NCBI GenBank assembly: GCA_016937995.1
Contig: JAFGVM010000081.1
Span: 1 to 34,942 of the forward strand
From: Candidatus Delongbacteria bacterium
GTDB lineage: Bacteria > UBA4055
Reading direction: 5' to 3'
DNA: 34,942 nucleotides
Shown here in pieces: positions 16,527-25,939 of the stretch (position 1 is the stretch's first letter; each line of letters opens with the position of its first letter). The notes beneath the pieces are model-generated. The model worked only from the letters and a program-made list of their open reading frames with translations, made no database searches and was not told the origin of the DNA. Both the position numbers and the translations under genes were made by a program.

Positions 16527-17540
16527 TTGAGAGAAACTATTTTAACAGGTTCGGAATTGAATGAGGATATCAAGATCGAACAATCCTTAAGACCTTTAAA
16601 ATTTGATGATTTTGTAGGACAGGAGAAGATCAAAGAAAATTTAAAGGTTTATGTAGAATCTGCTCATATGAGAAAGGATAGCCTTGATCACGTTATACTG
16701 CATGGACCCCCCGGACTGGGAAAGACCACTTTGGCATATATTATAGCTAATGAACTTGGAGTAGACATAAAAGTGACCTCCGGTCCAGTTTTGGAAAAAG
16801 CTGCGGATCTGGCAGGCCTATTAACAAACTTAAATGAACATGATGTGATATTTATTGATGAAATTCACAGACTTGCTCCAATTATTGAAGAGTATTTATA
16901 TCCTGCAATGGAAGATTATTCGATCGATATAATGCTCAGTAGCGGACCGGCAGCTAACAGTGTGCAACTAAAATTACCGAAGTTCACTTTGATTGGAGCA
17001 ACAACGAAAGCAGGAAATCTTACGTCACCACTCAGAGCCAGATTTGGGATCACTTGCAGGATGACATACTATAATTCGGATGAGATCTATCAGATCATTA
17101 AAAGAAGTGCAAAGTTGCTTGAAATTCATGTTGATGAAGATGGTATCATGGAAATGGCAAAACGATCAAGAGGGACACCAAGAATTGCAAACAGAATTTT
17201 GAGAAGACTCAGAGATTATGCTCTTGTTAAACACAGTGGAAAAATAACAAGAGAGATAGCCATGAGTGGACTGGATTCTCTAGATATTGATCATCTGGGA
17301 CTTGATGATATGGATAGGGATATTATAACTACAATGATCGAGAAATTCGGTGGAGGTCCTGTTGGGATCAAAAATATAGCTGTTGCTGTAGGTGAAGAGA
17401 GTGATACGATAGAGGAAGTTTATGAGCCATATTTGATACAGGAAGGTTTTATTCAAAGAACACAAAGAGGAAGGATCGTTACGGAATTAGCATATAAACA
17501 TTATGGTTATAAAGTAAATAATTCTGGTTTGGGGATTTAG
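16527..17540 (+). CDS. ruvB: Holliday junction branch migration helicase RuvB
   Basis: TTG start with SD GAGG; LRP..F..GQ, GPPGLGKTT, FIDEIHRL, GATT, SRGTPRIANR, EPYLIQ. Confidence 0.98.
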   Translation: MRETILTGSELNEDIKIEQSLRPLKFDDFVGQEKIKENLKVYVESAHMRKDSLDHVILHGPPGLGKTTLAYIIANELGVDIKVTSGPVLEKAADLAGLLTNLNEHDVIFIDEIHRLAPIIEEYLYPAMEDYSIDIMLSSGPAANSVQLKLPKFTLIGATTKAGNLTSPLRARFGITCRMTYYNSDEIYQIIKRSAKLLEIHVDEDGIMEMAKRSRGTPRIANRILRRLRDYALVKHSGKITREIAMSGLDSLDIDHLGLDDMDRDIITTMIEKFGGGPVGIKNIAVAVGEESDTIEEVYEPYLIQEGFIQRTQRGRIVTELAYKHYGYKVNNSGLGI

Positions 17541-17543
17541 AAA

Positions 17544-18575
17544 ATGTTAGAACTTTCGGACTATGATTATGATCTGCCAAAGGAACTTATAGCTCAGGAA
17601 CCAGCTGAGAAAAGAGACAGTTCAAGATTACTCATAGTTGACAGGGAGTCGAATAAAGTTTGTATGAAAAATTTTACTGAAATAGTAGACTATTTCAATA
17701 AAGGGGATGTTCTAGTAATTAATGAAACCAAGGTAATACCTGCAAGATTTTATGCTAAAAGAAAAGATACAAATGCTGAAATTGAAATATTCCTTCTAAG
17801 AGAAATTTCAGAAAGAACCTGGGAAGTTATGGTAAAACCCGGAAGGAAAGTAAAACTGAATATTGAACTACTTCTTCCAGGAAACGCTATTTGTGTAGTT
17901 AAAAGTATCACTGATACCGGAACCAGAATAGCTGAATTTAAGTACGATGGTGATTTTATTAAGTATATCTATGAAAATGGACATGTTCCCTTGCCTCCTT
18001 ATATAGAAAGGGAATCAAATGTAAATGATAAAGAAAGATATCAGACAGTATTTGCAAACAAACCAGGAGCAGTTGCAGCACCTACGGCCGGACTGCATTT
18101 TACTGATGATTTATTAATGAAAATTGAAGAAAAGGGTGTAAAAATAGCAAAAATAATTCTTCATGTTGGAATAGGCACTTTCCAGCCTATAAAAGTGAAA
18201 AAAATTGAAGATCACAGGATGCACGAAGAATATTATGAAGTTTCAAAAGAAGCAGAGGTTATGATAAATAGTGCAAAAAAAAATAAAAATAAAATAATTG
18301 CACTTGGGACTACTTCAGTGAGGGCGATAGAATCTGTTGCTGATGATAAGGGAAAGATACATTCCAGTAATGGTGAAACGGATATATTCATATATCCTGG
18401 CTATAAATTCAAAGCAGTTGACAAACTGATAACAAATTTTCATCTACCAAAATCTTCTCTAATGTTACTGGTATCAGCATTCAGTTCAGTGGATTTAATA
18501 AAGAAGGCATACAAAAAGGCCGTTAAAGAAAAATTTAGATTTTTCAGCTATGGCGATGCAATGATAATAATATAA
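17544..18575 (+). CDS. queA: SAM:tRNA ribosyltransferase-isomerase
   Basis: YDYDLPKELIAQEP, PLPPYI, YQTVFA, AAPTAGLHF, LHVGIGTF, GTTSVR, TNFHLPKS, FFSYGDAM. Confidence 0.98.
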   Translation: MLELSDYDYDLPKELIAQEPAEKRDSSRLLIVDRESNKVCMKNFTEIVDYFNKGDVLVINETKVIPARFYAKRKDTNAEIEIFLLREISERTWEVMVKPGRKVKLNIELLLPGNAICVVKSITDTGTRIAEFKYDGDFIKYIYENGHVPLPPYIERESNVNDKERYQTVFANKPGAVAAPTAGLHFTDDLLMKIEEKGVKIAKIILHVGIGTFQPIKVKKIEDHRMHEEYYEVSKEAEVMINSAKKNKNKIIALGTTSVRAIESVADDKGKIHSSNGETDIFIYPGYKFKAVDKLITNFHLPKSSLMLLVSAFSSVDLIKKAYKKAVKEKFRFFSYGDAMIII

Positions 18576-18604
18576 AAATTAAATTAAATTAGGAGTTCTA
18601 CATA

Positions 18605-20014
18605 ATGATCTGTCCAGAATGTAAAACACTAAATCCGAATTCGATCAAAAAGTGTATTAAGTGCGGTGCTAAATTAGAAAAAAGTGATGCACCAAAAAAG
18701 AAACCTGAAAAAAGAACAAGTATTAAACCTCAGAAACAAGTAGCACCTACACCTGTAAAAGTCCAAAAACAAAAACCGGCCGGAGGTGGCGGAGAGGAGA
18801 AGAAAGGAAAAGGCATATATGTAGTTCTTCTTGTAATATTAGCTGCTGTCGGAGCATATTTTACAAAACCTGATCTTGCTAGTTTTAAAGAATTCATTAC
18901 AAGCAGTATTCAAGCTGATCAAGAAGATGCTTTCTTTCAATCTTTAACGAAGGATGAATTTATTACCAAAGGATTGGTAGATTCACTTGACTATCAGGAC
19001 ATGTATGTATGTGCAATGATAGAAGTTGAAAGCAAAGGAAATACAAGAAAATATCTTGGTATAGCAAAAAGCTGGTACGACATTACTTCTCAGGAAGTTG
19101 CTCCAGATACAACTGCTGTTGCTGAAGCTGATTCAGTTTCGTCAGAAGATCTTACGGATAAAAAAAATAATGATGTCTATGATGAATACAATGACATATA
19201 TCTTGGAAAAAAGAGTAAAGGCCCACAGGATACGACCCTATACAAATCTTTATCTGATGCTGAACTTGCTCAAAGGAATAAGAAGCTGAGAAAACCGAAT
19301 GAGAAAATTTATTACGCAAAAGACAATAAGAAAATGATGCTGGTCCCTGCTCAAACCTTTAAAATGGGAAGTGATAAAGGGTCTATGATTGAAAAACCTT
19401 CTCACACGGTTAAAGTTAGAGCTTTTTACATGGACGCAACTGAGGTCACTAATATTCAGTTTAAAAGATTTTTGAAAGAGACAGGATATAAACCTAAAGG
19501 CAGTCTAGAGCATTTGAAGGATAGAAGGTTCAATCATGATAACCAACCTATAGTGGATGTAGATTATTATGACGCAGCTGAGTATGCTAAATGGGCAGGT
19601 AAACGACTGCCAACTGAAAGAGAATGGGAATGTGCTGCGAGAGGTGGAAAAGGATTAAAATATGCAGTTGGAGATTCTATCAGCACTGATATGGCGAGTT
19701 ACGGACTGCCGATAACAACAGGGAGTCCTGCAAGAGTAGGTAATTACAAGGAAAATGTCTACGGTATCAGTGATCTGAGCGGTAACGCAGCTGAATGGGT
19801 TTCAGGAGTTCTTACGGCATATCCTGGAAACAAAGCGATGTTCTCAGGTTACGGAAAAAATAGGATCGCTCGGGGAGGGTCATGGCTTTCAGAGGAAAAC
19901 GAAACTACAACTTTTGCCAGAAAACATTTGGATATTTCAAATTCTACCGGAAACATCGGATTCAGATGTGCTATCGGGCATGATATGGTAATGAAAATTG
20001 AGAACTCAAAGTAA
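18605..20014 (+). CDS. Zinc-ribbon, TM-anchored protein with FGE-sulfatase (SUMF1-like) domain
   Basis: CPEC..CIKC at the N-terminus; TM helix; FKMGS, EVTNIQF, AAEYAKWAGKRLPTEREWECAARGG, DLSGNAAEW, RGGSW, IGFRC. Confidence 0.88.
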   Translation: MICPECKTLNPNSIKKCIKCGAKLEKSDAPKKKPEKRTSIKPQKQVAPTPVKVQKQKPAGGGGEEKKGKGIYVVLLVILAAVGAYFTKPDLASFKEFITSSIQADQEDAFFQSLTKDEFITKGLVDSLDYQDMYVCAMIEVESKGNTRKYLGIAKSWYDITSQEVAPDTTAVAEADSVSSEDLTDKKNNDVYDEYNDIYLGKKSKGPQDTTLYKSLSDAELAQRNKKLRKPNEKIYYAKDNKKMMLVPAQTFKMGSDKGSMIEKPSHTVKVRAFYMDATEVTNIQFKRFLKETGYKPKGSLEHLKDRRFNHDNQPIVDVDYYDAAEYAKWAGKRLPTEREWECAARGGKGLKYAVGDSISTDMASYGLPITTGSPARVGNYKENVYGISDLSGNAAEWVSGVLTAYPGNKAMFSGYGKNRIARGGSWLSEENETTTFARKHLDISNSTGNIGFRCAIGHDMVMKIENSK

Positions 20015-20050
20015 TTGAGATAAGATCTTTTTAGATCAGGAGGTATTATT

Positions 20051-21286
20051 ATGTCAACTTCGTCTAAATCAAATGCAATAGTATTAACGATGATTATGAT
20101 AATAATGATCGTAGGAGCTTTACTTTATTTTCTTGGTGGAGAAGTTAAATCTGACAAATATGTGATAAGACAGGAATTCTTCACAGGTAAAATGAGTGCT
20201 ATAACTGATGAAGGCTGGTACTTTAAATTTGGTTATGTCACGGAATTCAATATATCTGATATTATATGGTTCAGCGCAGATGCTGAAGAGGGAAGAGAGA
20301 AAGATGAATCAATTCGAGTTAGATTTAATGATGGTGCTTCAGCCCAAATATCAGGTTCTGTAAGATTTGTTTTGCCAACTGAACCGGACAAACTTATTCA
20401 ATTGAAGAAACAGTTCGGAACTTTTGAAAGAATTAAGAAGGAACTTGTTATACAGGTGGTCAATGAAGCGATTTATCTTACAGCTTCTCTGATGAGTTCA
20501 AAGGAGTCATATACAACTAAAAGAAGTCTTTTCTCTGATTATGCACAGGATCAAGCACTGAACGGTGTTTTCAGGACAAGAACGAATGAAATATTAACGA
20601 GAGATTCATTAACCGGTGAAGTTTCAACTTTTACTGAGATAGAGATCCTGAGAGATCCGAAAACAGGTGAGATACTGAGAAAAGAATCAGCCTTAAAGGA
20701 TTATGGTGTAAAATTAAAGAATTTTGTTGTTAAAAGAATTCAGTACCCGGACAATATTTTAGTTCAGCTTGATGAGCAGCAACAGGCTTTAATGGATGTT
20801 CAGAAAGCTAAAGCGATGGCTCAAAAAGCTGAGCAGGAAGCTATTACAGCTGAAAAAGAAGGATTAGCTAAGATAGCTATAGCAAAAGCTAAAGAGGAAG
20901 CAGTAAAGATCCAGGCGGTTGTTCAGGCAAAAAAAGTCAAAGAAGTAGCTGTGCTGGAAGCAGAAAAAGCCTTAGAGGTTGCAAAACTTGATAAGATGGC
21001 CGCAAAAGAATATAAAGAAGCAAAGGACCTAAGAGCTGAAGCTGATGCTAATGCTGCAAGAAAACTGATACAGGCGGACGGAGCACTTAAGCAAAAACTT
21101 CAAACATATGAAAATGTAATGAAATTCTGGGCTGATGCCTACACTAAACAAAGACCTACTCCTGATATTGTTATAGGTGGCGAGGATAAAAAAGGATGTG
21201 GTAATGCCGCAGAGCAATTTATGAATTTACTCAGCATTAAAGCTCTAAAAGATCTATCGCTTGATATGAATGTTAAAAATAAATAA
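20051..21286 (+). CDS. SPFH/band-7 domain membrane protein with flotillin-like coiled tail
   Basis: N-terminal TM; IRVRFNDG..ISGSVRF; Ala/Glu/Lys-rich AEQEA..AEKEG..AEADA tail; SD GGAGG. Confidence 0.8.
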   Translation: MSTSSKSNAIVLTMIMIIMIVGALLYFLGGEVKSDKYVIRQEFFTGKMSAITDEGWYFKFGYVTEFNISDIIWFSADAEEGREKDESIRVRFNDGASAQISGSVRFVLPTEPDKLIQLKKQFGTFERIKKELVIQVVNEAIYLTASLMSSKESYTTKRSLFSDYAQDQALNGVFRTRTNEILTRDSLTGEVSTFTEIEILRDPKTGEILRKESALKDYGVKLKNFVVKRIQYPDNILVQLDEQQQALMDVQKAKAMAQKAEQEAITAEKEGLAKIAIAKAKEEAVKIQAVVQAKKVKEVAVLEAEKALEVAKLDKMAAKEYKEAKDLRAEADANAARKLIQADGALKQKLQTYENVMKFWADAYTKQRPTPDIVIGGEDKKGCGNAAEQFMNLLSIKALKDLSLDMNVKNK

Positions 21287-21302
21287 TTTGTTCAAAAACT
21301 GT

Positions 21303-21331
21303 TTGCTTTTTGTAAAATGATTTATTATATT
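21303..21331 (+). promoter_or_regulatory. Putative sigma70 promoter of rpmE
   Basis: TTGCTT(21303-21308)-N17-TATATT(21326-21331). Confidence 0.6.
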
Positions 21332-21379
21332 CGTGCTGCTGTAAGTAAAGCATGAAATTAGAAATTAAGGGGTTTATAG

Positions 21380-21595
21380 ATGAAAAAAGATATTCATCCA
21401 AAATATGAAACTGCAACAGTGTCATGTGTATGTGGAAATACTTTTGAGACAAGAACAACAGTTGGAGAGATCAAAGTAGAGATCTGTTCAAACTGTCATC
21501 CTTTTTATACTGGAAAAACAAGACTTCTTGATACTGCCGGACGTGTTGATAAGTTCATGAAAAAGTATAAGATCGCTGAAAAGAAAGAAGACTAA
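21380..21595 (+). CDS. rpmE: 50S ribosomal protein L31 (zinc-binding type)
   Basis: [33 protein letters not shown]. Confidence 0.98.
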   Translation: MKKDIHPKYETATVSCVCGNTFETRTTVGEIKVEICSNCHPFYTGKTRLLDTAGRVDKFMKKYKIAEKKED

Positions 21596-21627
21596 CTTTC
21601 CGGTCTGAGTTTCAATATTTTAAAATT

Positions 21628-21660
21628 AAAAGCACATACTTTACAAAGATGTGCTTTTTT
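21628..21660 (+). terminator. Intrinsic terminator after rpmE
   Basis: AAAAGCACAT-ACTTTACAAAG-ATGTGCTTTTTT. Confidence 0.75.
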
Positions 21661-21676
21661 ACTTTAGGGGTATAAG

Positions 21677-22621
21677 TTGAAAGAAGAAAAGATATCTATT
21701 GGTGGCCAGGCAGTCATAGAAGGAGTTATGATGAGATCACCTCAATATATTTCCACAGTTATTAGAAGAGCTGACGGTTCTATGGAAGACAGAACCGATA
21801 AATTCATTCCTTTGTCAAAAAGATATAAAATATTAAATCTACCTGTCCTTAGGGGAGCGATCAGTTTATTTGAGATGATGAAGGTCGGTATAGGAACATT
21901 GAACTGGTCGGCAGATAAAGCTATTGAAGATGAGAACATTGCAAAAGGTAAAGAAGTGGATGTAAATAAGGAAAAATCATTCCTTCAAAAGTTGTTTGAT
22001 GCAGTTGGGACTTCAGTTATATTGCTTATATCTCTGGGTATATTTATGTACATACCTTACAAGTTAACTAGCTACCTAAAAGCAATTGATGGTAATCAAT
22101 TTCTTTTCAATTTATTTGCAGGGATTATAAGAACTGCATTCCTGATATTATATATGTATGCGATCAGTTTTATGAAAGATGTTAAAAGACTTTTTGAATA
22201 TCATGGTGCAGAGCATAAGACAATTGCCCTATACGAGCAGAAGCTTGAACTGACTGTTGATAATGCAAGAAAACAAAGCCGTTTTCATCCCAGATGTGGT
22301 ACTAGTTTTATTCTGATAGCTGCGATCATTACAATATTTATTTTTTCAATTTTTGATAGTATAATGTATTTGTTTTATCAATATCCGAATGTTATCTCAA
22401 GGATAGGTGTTCATTTATTGTTCGTTCCCTTTGCAGTTGGAGTTTCATTTGAGTTATTGAAGCTTTCTGATAAATATTCTACTAACATACTTGTCAGGCA
22501 GCTTATTAAACCGGGTCTTTGGTTGCAGAAGATAACTACAAGTGAACCGGATGATAAGCAACTGGAAGTTGCAATTGAGTCTGTAAAGCTGTCCACAGCT
22601 TACTTAAATGATAGTGATTAA
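21677..22621 (+). CDS. DUF1385 (YqhQ-like) membrane protein
   Basis: IGGQAVIEGVMMRS, FEYHGAEHK, HPRCGTSF, PGLWLQKITTSEPDDKQLEVAI. Confidence 0.93.
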   Translation: MKEEKISIGGQAVIEGVMMRSPQYISTVIRRADGSMEDRTDKFIPLSKRYKILNLPVLRGAISLFEMMKVGIGTLNWSADKAIEDENIAKGKEVDVNKEKSFLQKLFDAVGTSVILLISLGIFMYIPYKLTSYLKAIDGNQFLFNLFAGIIRTAFLILYMYAISFMKDVKRLFEYHGAEHKTIALYEQKLELTVDNARKQSRFHPRCGTSFILIAAIITIFIFSIFDSIMYLFYQYPNVISRIGVHLLFVPFAVGVSFELLKLSDKYSTNILVRQLIKPGLWLQKITTSEPDDKQLEVAIESVKLSTAYLNDSD

Positions 22622-22635
22622 TGTTCGTGATTTGC

Positions 22636-22666
22636 AGGGGATACCTTCAAATCGTCCCCTCTTTTT
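22636..22666 (+). terminator. Possible terminator after DUF1385
   Basis: AGGGGAT...GTCCCCT stem followed by CTTTTT. Confidence 0.5.
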
Positions 22667-22673
22667 AAAAGAT

Positions 22674-22699
22674 AGATCCTGAAATAAATTCAGGATGAC
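22674..22699 (+). repeat. REP-like palindrome, copy 1
   Basis: AG-ATCCTGAA-ATAAA-TTCAGGAT-GAC. Confidence 0.8.
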
Positions 22700-22717
22700 A
22701 AAGAAGGAGGATGAATT

Positions 22718-23731
22718 ATGAAATTTTTATTGATCTGTTTAACATTATTTACAAGTTTATTCTCACAATTTTCAAGTAGTGTTGATTATAAAGAATTATC
22801 TAGAAAAAAAAATTCATTCGGTTTAAGCTTAACTAATTTTACAGCTGAGAACCAATGGGATACTGATTTTATTAATGGCGTTGACACTGTTAAATTCACT
22901 GGTGTATATGATCATCTTGGAGATAAAATTGAACTCGATGGTTTTTATTACTTAAATGAAGACAGATTGATTTATAGACTTGGATTCTCACTGGACACAT
23001 ATTCTTCTATAATTAAGATCGATACACTGGGTTTCAGAGAAAGATTTGTACCTGATGAAAAAAATCTGGCATGTAGTTTCGGAGAGCTCGGATATGTTTT
23101 TGGAGAAGATGAATTCGGTGGTTCTGTAGGATTCAATTTATACTCGATAGATGAAAGAAAATGCTTTATAGGTTCAGTTAACGGATTTATTAACAGTAAA
23201 ACAGTATCAGGTAATAGATATGGTGCTGATCTGGGTTATATATTTGTATCTGATGACTCTTTAAGGTCATATGTTAGATCAAATAATGTCATATCTCCCG
23301 ATATCAAATTCGGTGTACACTACATTTATTCCGGTTATACATATGATCTGAAGTTTTATTCCGGTTTAAATCTATTTGACTCAGAGATATATGAAGAAAA
23401 TGCATATATTAATTTTAGTGTATCATACAATAGAAGTTTAGAAAAATTGAAAACCGATCTTTTATTTAATGTAGGTTCGAATGTTACTTCGGAATTTGAT
23501 ATTCCAGAGATCCAACTACCATTTCTTTATTATGGGGTTGCGGTTGAGAATAAATTTTTTGGGGAGAAATTCAGGTTGTTGATAGGATGGAGGTCTGAGA
23601 TGTATTATGCTGTTATAGGTAGTTTTGATGATATATCTGAGTACATCCCTGCTCATTATCCTGCAATGTTCGATCTGGAACAGACCATGACTAGGAATAA
23701 ATTGTTGATCGAAGTGAATTATTTGTATTAA
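22718..23731 (+). CDS. Hypothetical outer-membrane beta-barrel protein
   Basis: Signal peptide, aromatic/Gly-rich amphipathic strands, C-terminal beta-signal-like LLIEVNYLY; SD AAGGAGG. Confidence 0.7.
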   Translation: MKFLLICLTLFTSLFSQFSSSVDYKELSRKKNSFGLSLTNFTAENQWDTDFINGVDTVKFTGVYDHLGDKIELDGFYYLNEDRLIYRLGFSLDTYSSIIKIDTLGFRERFVPDEKNLACSFGELGYVFGEDEFGGSVGFNLYSIDERKCFIGSVNGFINSKTVSGNRYGADLGYIFVSDDSLRSYVRSNNVISPDIKFGVHYIYSGYTYDLKFYSGLNLFDSEIYEENAYINFSVSYNRSLEKLKTDLLFNVGSNVTSEFDIPEIQLPFLYYGVAVENKFFGEKFRLLIGWRSEMYYAVIGSFDDISEYIPAHYPAMFDLEQTMTRNKLLIEVNYLY

Positions 23732-23739
23732 GTTAAATA

Positions 23740-23768
23740 AAAAAGGTCAGGATTATCCTGACCTTTTT
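23740..23768. terminator. Bidirectional intrinsic terminator
   Basis: AAAAAGGTCAGGA-TTA-TCCTGACCTTTTT between convergent genes. Confidence 0.9.
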
Positions 23769-23770
23769 GA

Positions 23771-23796
23771 AAATTCTGAATCAAGTTCAGAATGAC
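23771..23796 (+). repeat. REP-like palindrome, copy 2
   Basis: AA-ATTCTGAA-TCAAG-TTCAGAAT-GAC. Confidence 0.8.
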
Positions 23797-23803
23797 GATC
23801 TAA

Positions 23804-25858
23804 TTATATCCCGTATTCATCTAACGGTATGTTCAACTCTTCAGTACCTGCAACAGCAAATCGCCCGTTCCTGATTATATCAAATTTCTCTCCATCTTCT
23901 GCAATAGCAGTAATGAATTCAATATCCTCGTAAGGAAGTGTTATATCAGTATGAACATTTGTATAAGCTTTTGAATAATCCTCTTTTCTGTTCAAGGTCA
24001 TTGAATTATCTCTTGCAGTGATCTCTTTATTGTCAATAGGGTTGTAAACAGCCATATCTTCAGTGTGAGAGAAGCACGTATCACCAATAGCAAAATGAGG
24101 TCCCATTTTTTCTATTATTAGAACTGGGAGGACATCCAGTATCTTATACTTTTGAGCAACTACATAAGCTAAAGTATTTGTACCGATTGCAAATTCACCG
24201 ATTGGTAATGTCTTATGTGGGAAGATAAGATTCTCTTCGATAAATTTCTTATTTTTAGCTTCTTCATCATAGTTCGCACAGCTGTAGTCAGAGATGAATC
24301 CATCTTTAAAAGTCAGGTTGAGTTCTTTGTATTTCAAACCGCCCAGGAAGGTTTCTTTAATATGAAGAGTTCCATTAGTTCCTTCAAGTTGAGGACTTGT
24401 AAATACTTCACCAACAGGAATGTTCACATCCGCTCCGCAGTTACAATAATTTGTCTGCTTGGAAGGATCTGTCAGCTTCTGATTCTTGATGATAATATCT
24501 GTAAGGTTACCATTCTGACCTTTGATGTGTACTTTAGTAGATCTGTCAAGAACATCAATGATGTTCTTTTGAATTACTTCATATCTTTCACTTTCAAGCA
24601 TGTTAATTTCAAGAGTATCTTCAAATATAGCTTCAAATTCTCCATCGATCTCTGGTGAAGGGAACGAAATTATACAGAAACTATTTTCAGTCCTAGGCAT
24701 ATATTTCTGTTGAGTTTGAGAATTTGTCATCATCATCTTCTGGTATATTTTCTGTTGTTCAGGATCTAATGACCATGCTGAATCTTTATTTTCTGGAGCA
24801 AAAGGTTTCTCTCCAAATTTTGTTACAGCGATCACACCTGAATACTGCTTGGTATATTCATCAGTATTTTCCCATGCTATTTTTGTTTGTTCTATAGACT
24901 TTTCAGCCAGTGATTCATCAAGGAACGATGCAATTGAGAATTTATGATCATGACCTAATTGTTTGTTTGCAGAAGTTGAAGCAGGAGATCTAACGATCGA
25001 GTCTAAATTATATTTTTCCTTAAGAAGTACGATCACTCTTTTTATCAATTCTTCCTGACCAATCTGACAAACAATCATAACGGTTGATTTCATTGACATA
25101 TCTTTATTGCTCTTAACGAATCCCTGCTCGTATGCTTTAACTATCTGAAGAGCCAAAATATCAAGTTTTTCTTTTGAGTATGATTTTAAAAAATTAGCTG
25201 TCTTGATCTCATTTTCGGTGATGTACGGGTCGAACTTGAACATGTATCTTAGATCGGATGGATCAGAATCGAGGATCACATCCTTATAGTACGTCAATTC
25301 TTTGTCAAACATTGCTTTTATGCCAATTATTCTTGCTTCCAAGTTCATTTGTTGCTGATATCTTCTCACTATTTCAGAGATAGATCTTGTTTCGATATTT
25401 AAAGTTCCATTAAAATAGTTGAAAAGTTCTAAAAAAAGCTTATTATATTTGTCCATTTCAAAGATCTTGTGTTCAAAAGAATAATTCCTGTAAGATCTGT
25501 ATATCTGATAAAGCACATAGAAAATTTTACCGATCTGCTCTCCGAAAATTTCTACAGAATAAACAGGATTAGCATAGGATCTTCCATAGTTTTCCGGCAA
25601 TATTTCTTCACTGAAACCATTGAATGTCTTTTGAAGTTCTTCAAAAGATTTATTATTGAAGAAATCATCATTGATTTTTTTTTCGTGCTCATAAAAATAT
25701 ATTATTAGATCAGCACACTTTATAAGAAAAGTTTTAAATTTCTCATCAATAGTTGTTACAGGTAATTTTAGAGCTATTTCTTTAATCAATGAGATATTTT
25801 TTTCATAGCTGTCCAGGATAGGTGCATTTATCTCTGAATAAAATTGTTTAAAATCCAT
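23804..25858 (-). CDS. M29-family aminopeptidase (long form with N-terminal extension)
   Basis: Start moved to ATG 25858 (SD TGGAG); NIPVGEVFTSP, GEFAIGTN, EKMGPHFAIGD, HTDIT. Confidence 0.9.
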   Translation of the reverse strand: MDFKQFYSEINAPILDSYEKNISLIKEIALKLPVTTIDEKFKTFLIKCADLIIYFYEHEKKINDDFFNNKSFEELQKTFNGFSEEILPENYGRSYANPVYSVEIFGEQIGKIFYVLYQIYRSYRNYSFEHKIFEMDKYNKLFLELFNYFNGTLNIETRSISEIVRRYQQQMNLEARIIGIKAMFDKELTYYKDVILDSDPSDLRYMFKFDPYITENEIKTANFLKSYSKEKLDILALQIVKAYEQGFVKSNKDMSMKSTVMIVCQIGQEELIKRVIVLLKEKYNLDSIVRSPASTSANKQLGHDHKFSIASFLDESLAEKSIEQTKIAWENTDEYTKQYSGVIAVTKFGEKPFAPENKDSAWSLDPEQQKIYQKMMMTNSQTQQKYMPRTENSFCIISFPSPEIDGEFEAIFEDTLEINMLESERYEVIQKNIIDVLDRSTKVHIKGQNGNLTDIIIKNQKLTDPSKQTNYCNCGADVNIPVGEVFTSPQLEGTNGTLHIKETFLGGLKYKELNLTFKDGFISDYSCANYDEEAKNKKFIEENLIFPHKTLPIGEFAIGTNTLAYVVAQKYKILDVLPVLIIEKMGPHFAIGDTCFSHTEDMAVYNPIDNKEITARDNSMTLNRKEDYSKAYTNVHTDITLPYEDIEFITAIAEDGEKFDIIRNGRFAVAGTEELNIPLDEYGI

Positions 25859-25880
25859 ATTATTTCTCCATTTTAAATTA

Positions 25881-25906
25881 AAATTCCGAAACAAGTTCAG
25901 AATGGC
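25881..25906 (+). repeat. REP-like palindrome, copy 3 (degenerate)
   Basis: AA-ATTCCGAA-ACAAG-TTCAGAAT-GGC. Confidence 0.7.
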
Positions 25907-25939
25907 ACTTTTGGTAGTAATGAGATACTTTTTACAAAA

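Noticed and set aside
18605-20014. DGR target or active formylglycine-generating enzyme
   Set aside because: No template repeat or reverse transcriptase in the window, and the catalytic cysteines are absent.
22674-25906. Integron attC cassette array
   Set aside because: Repeats are ~26 nt and lack RYYYAAC/GTTRRRY ends; the genes are convergent and no integrase is present.
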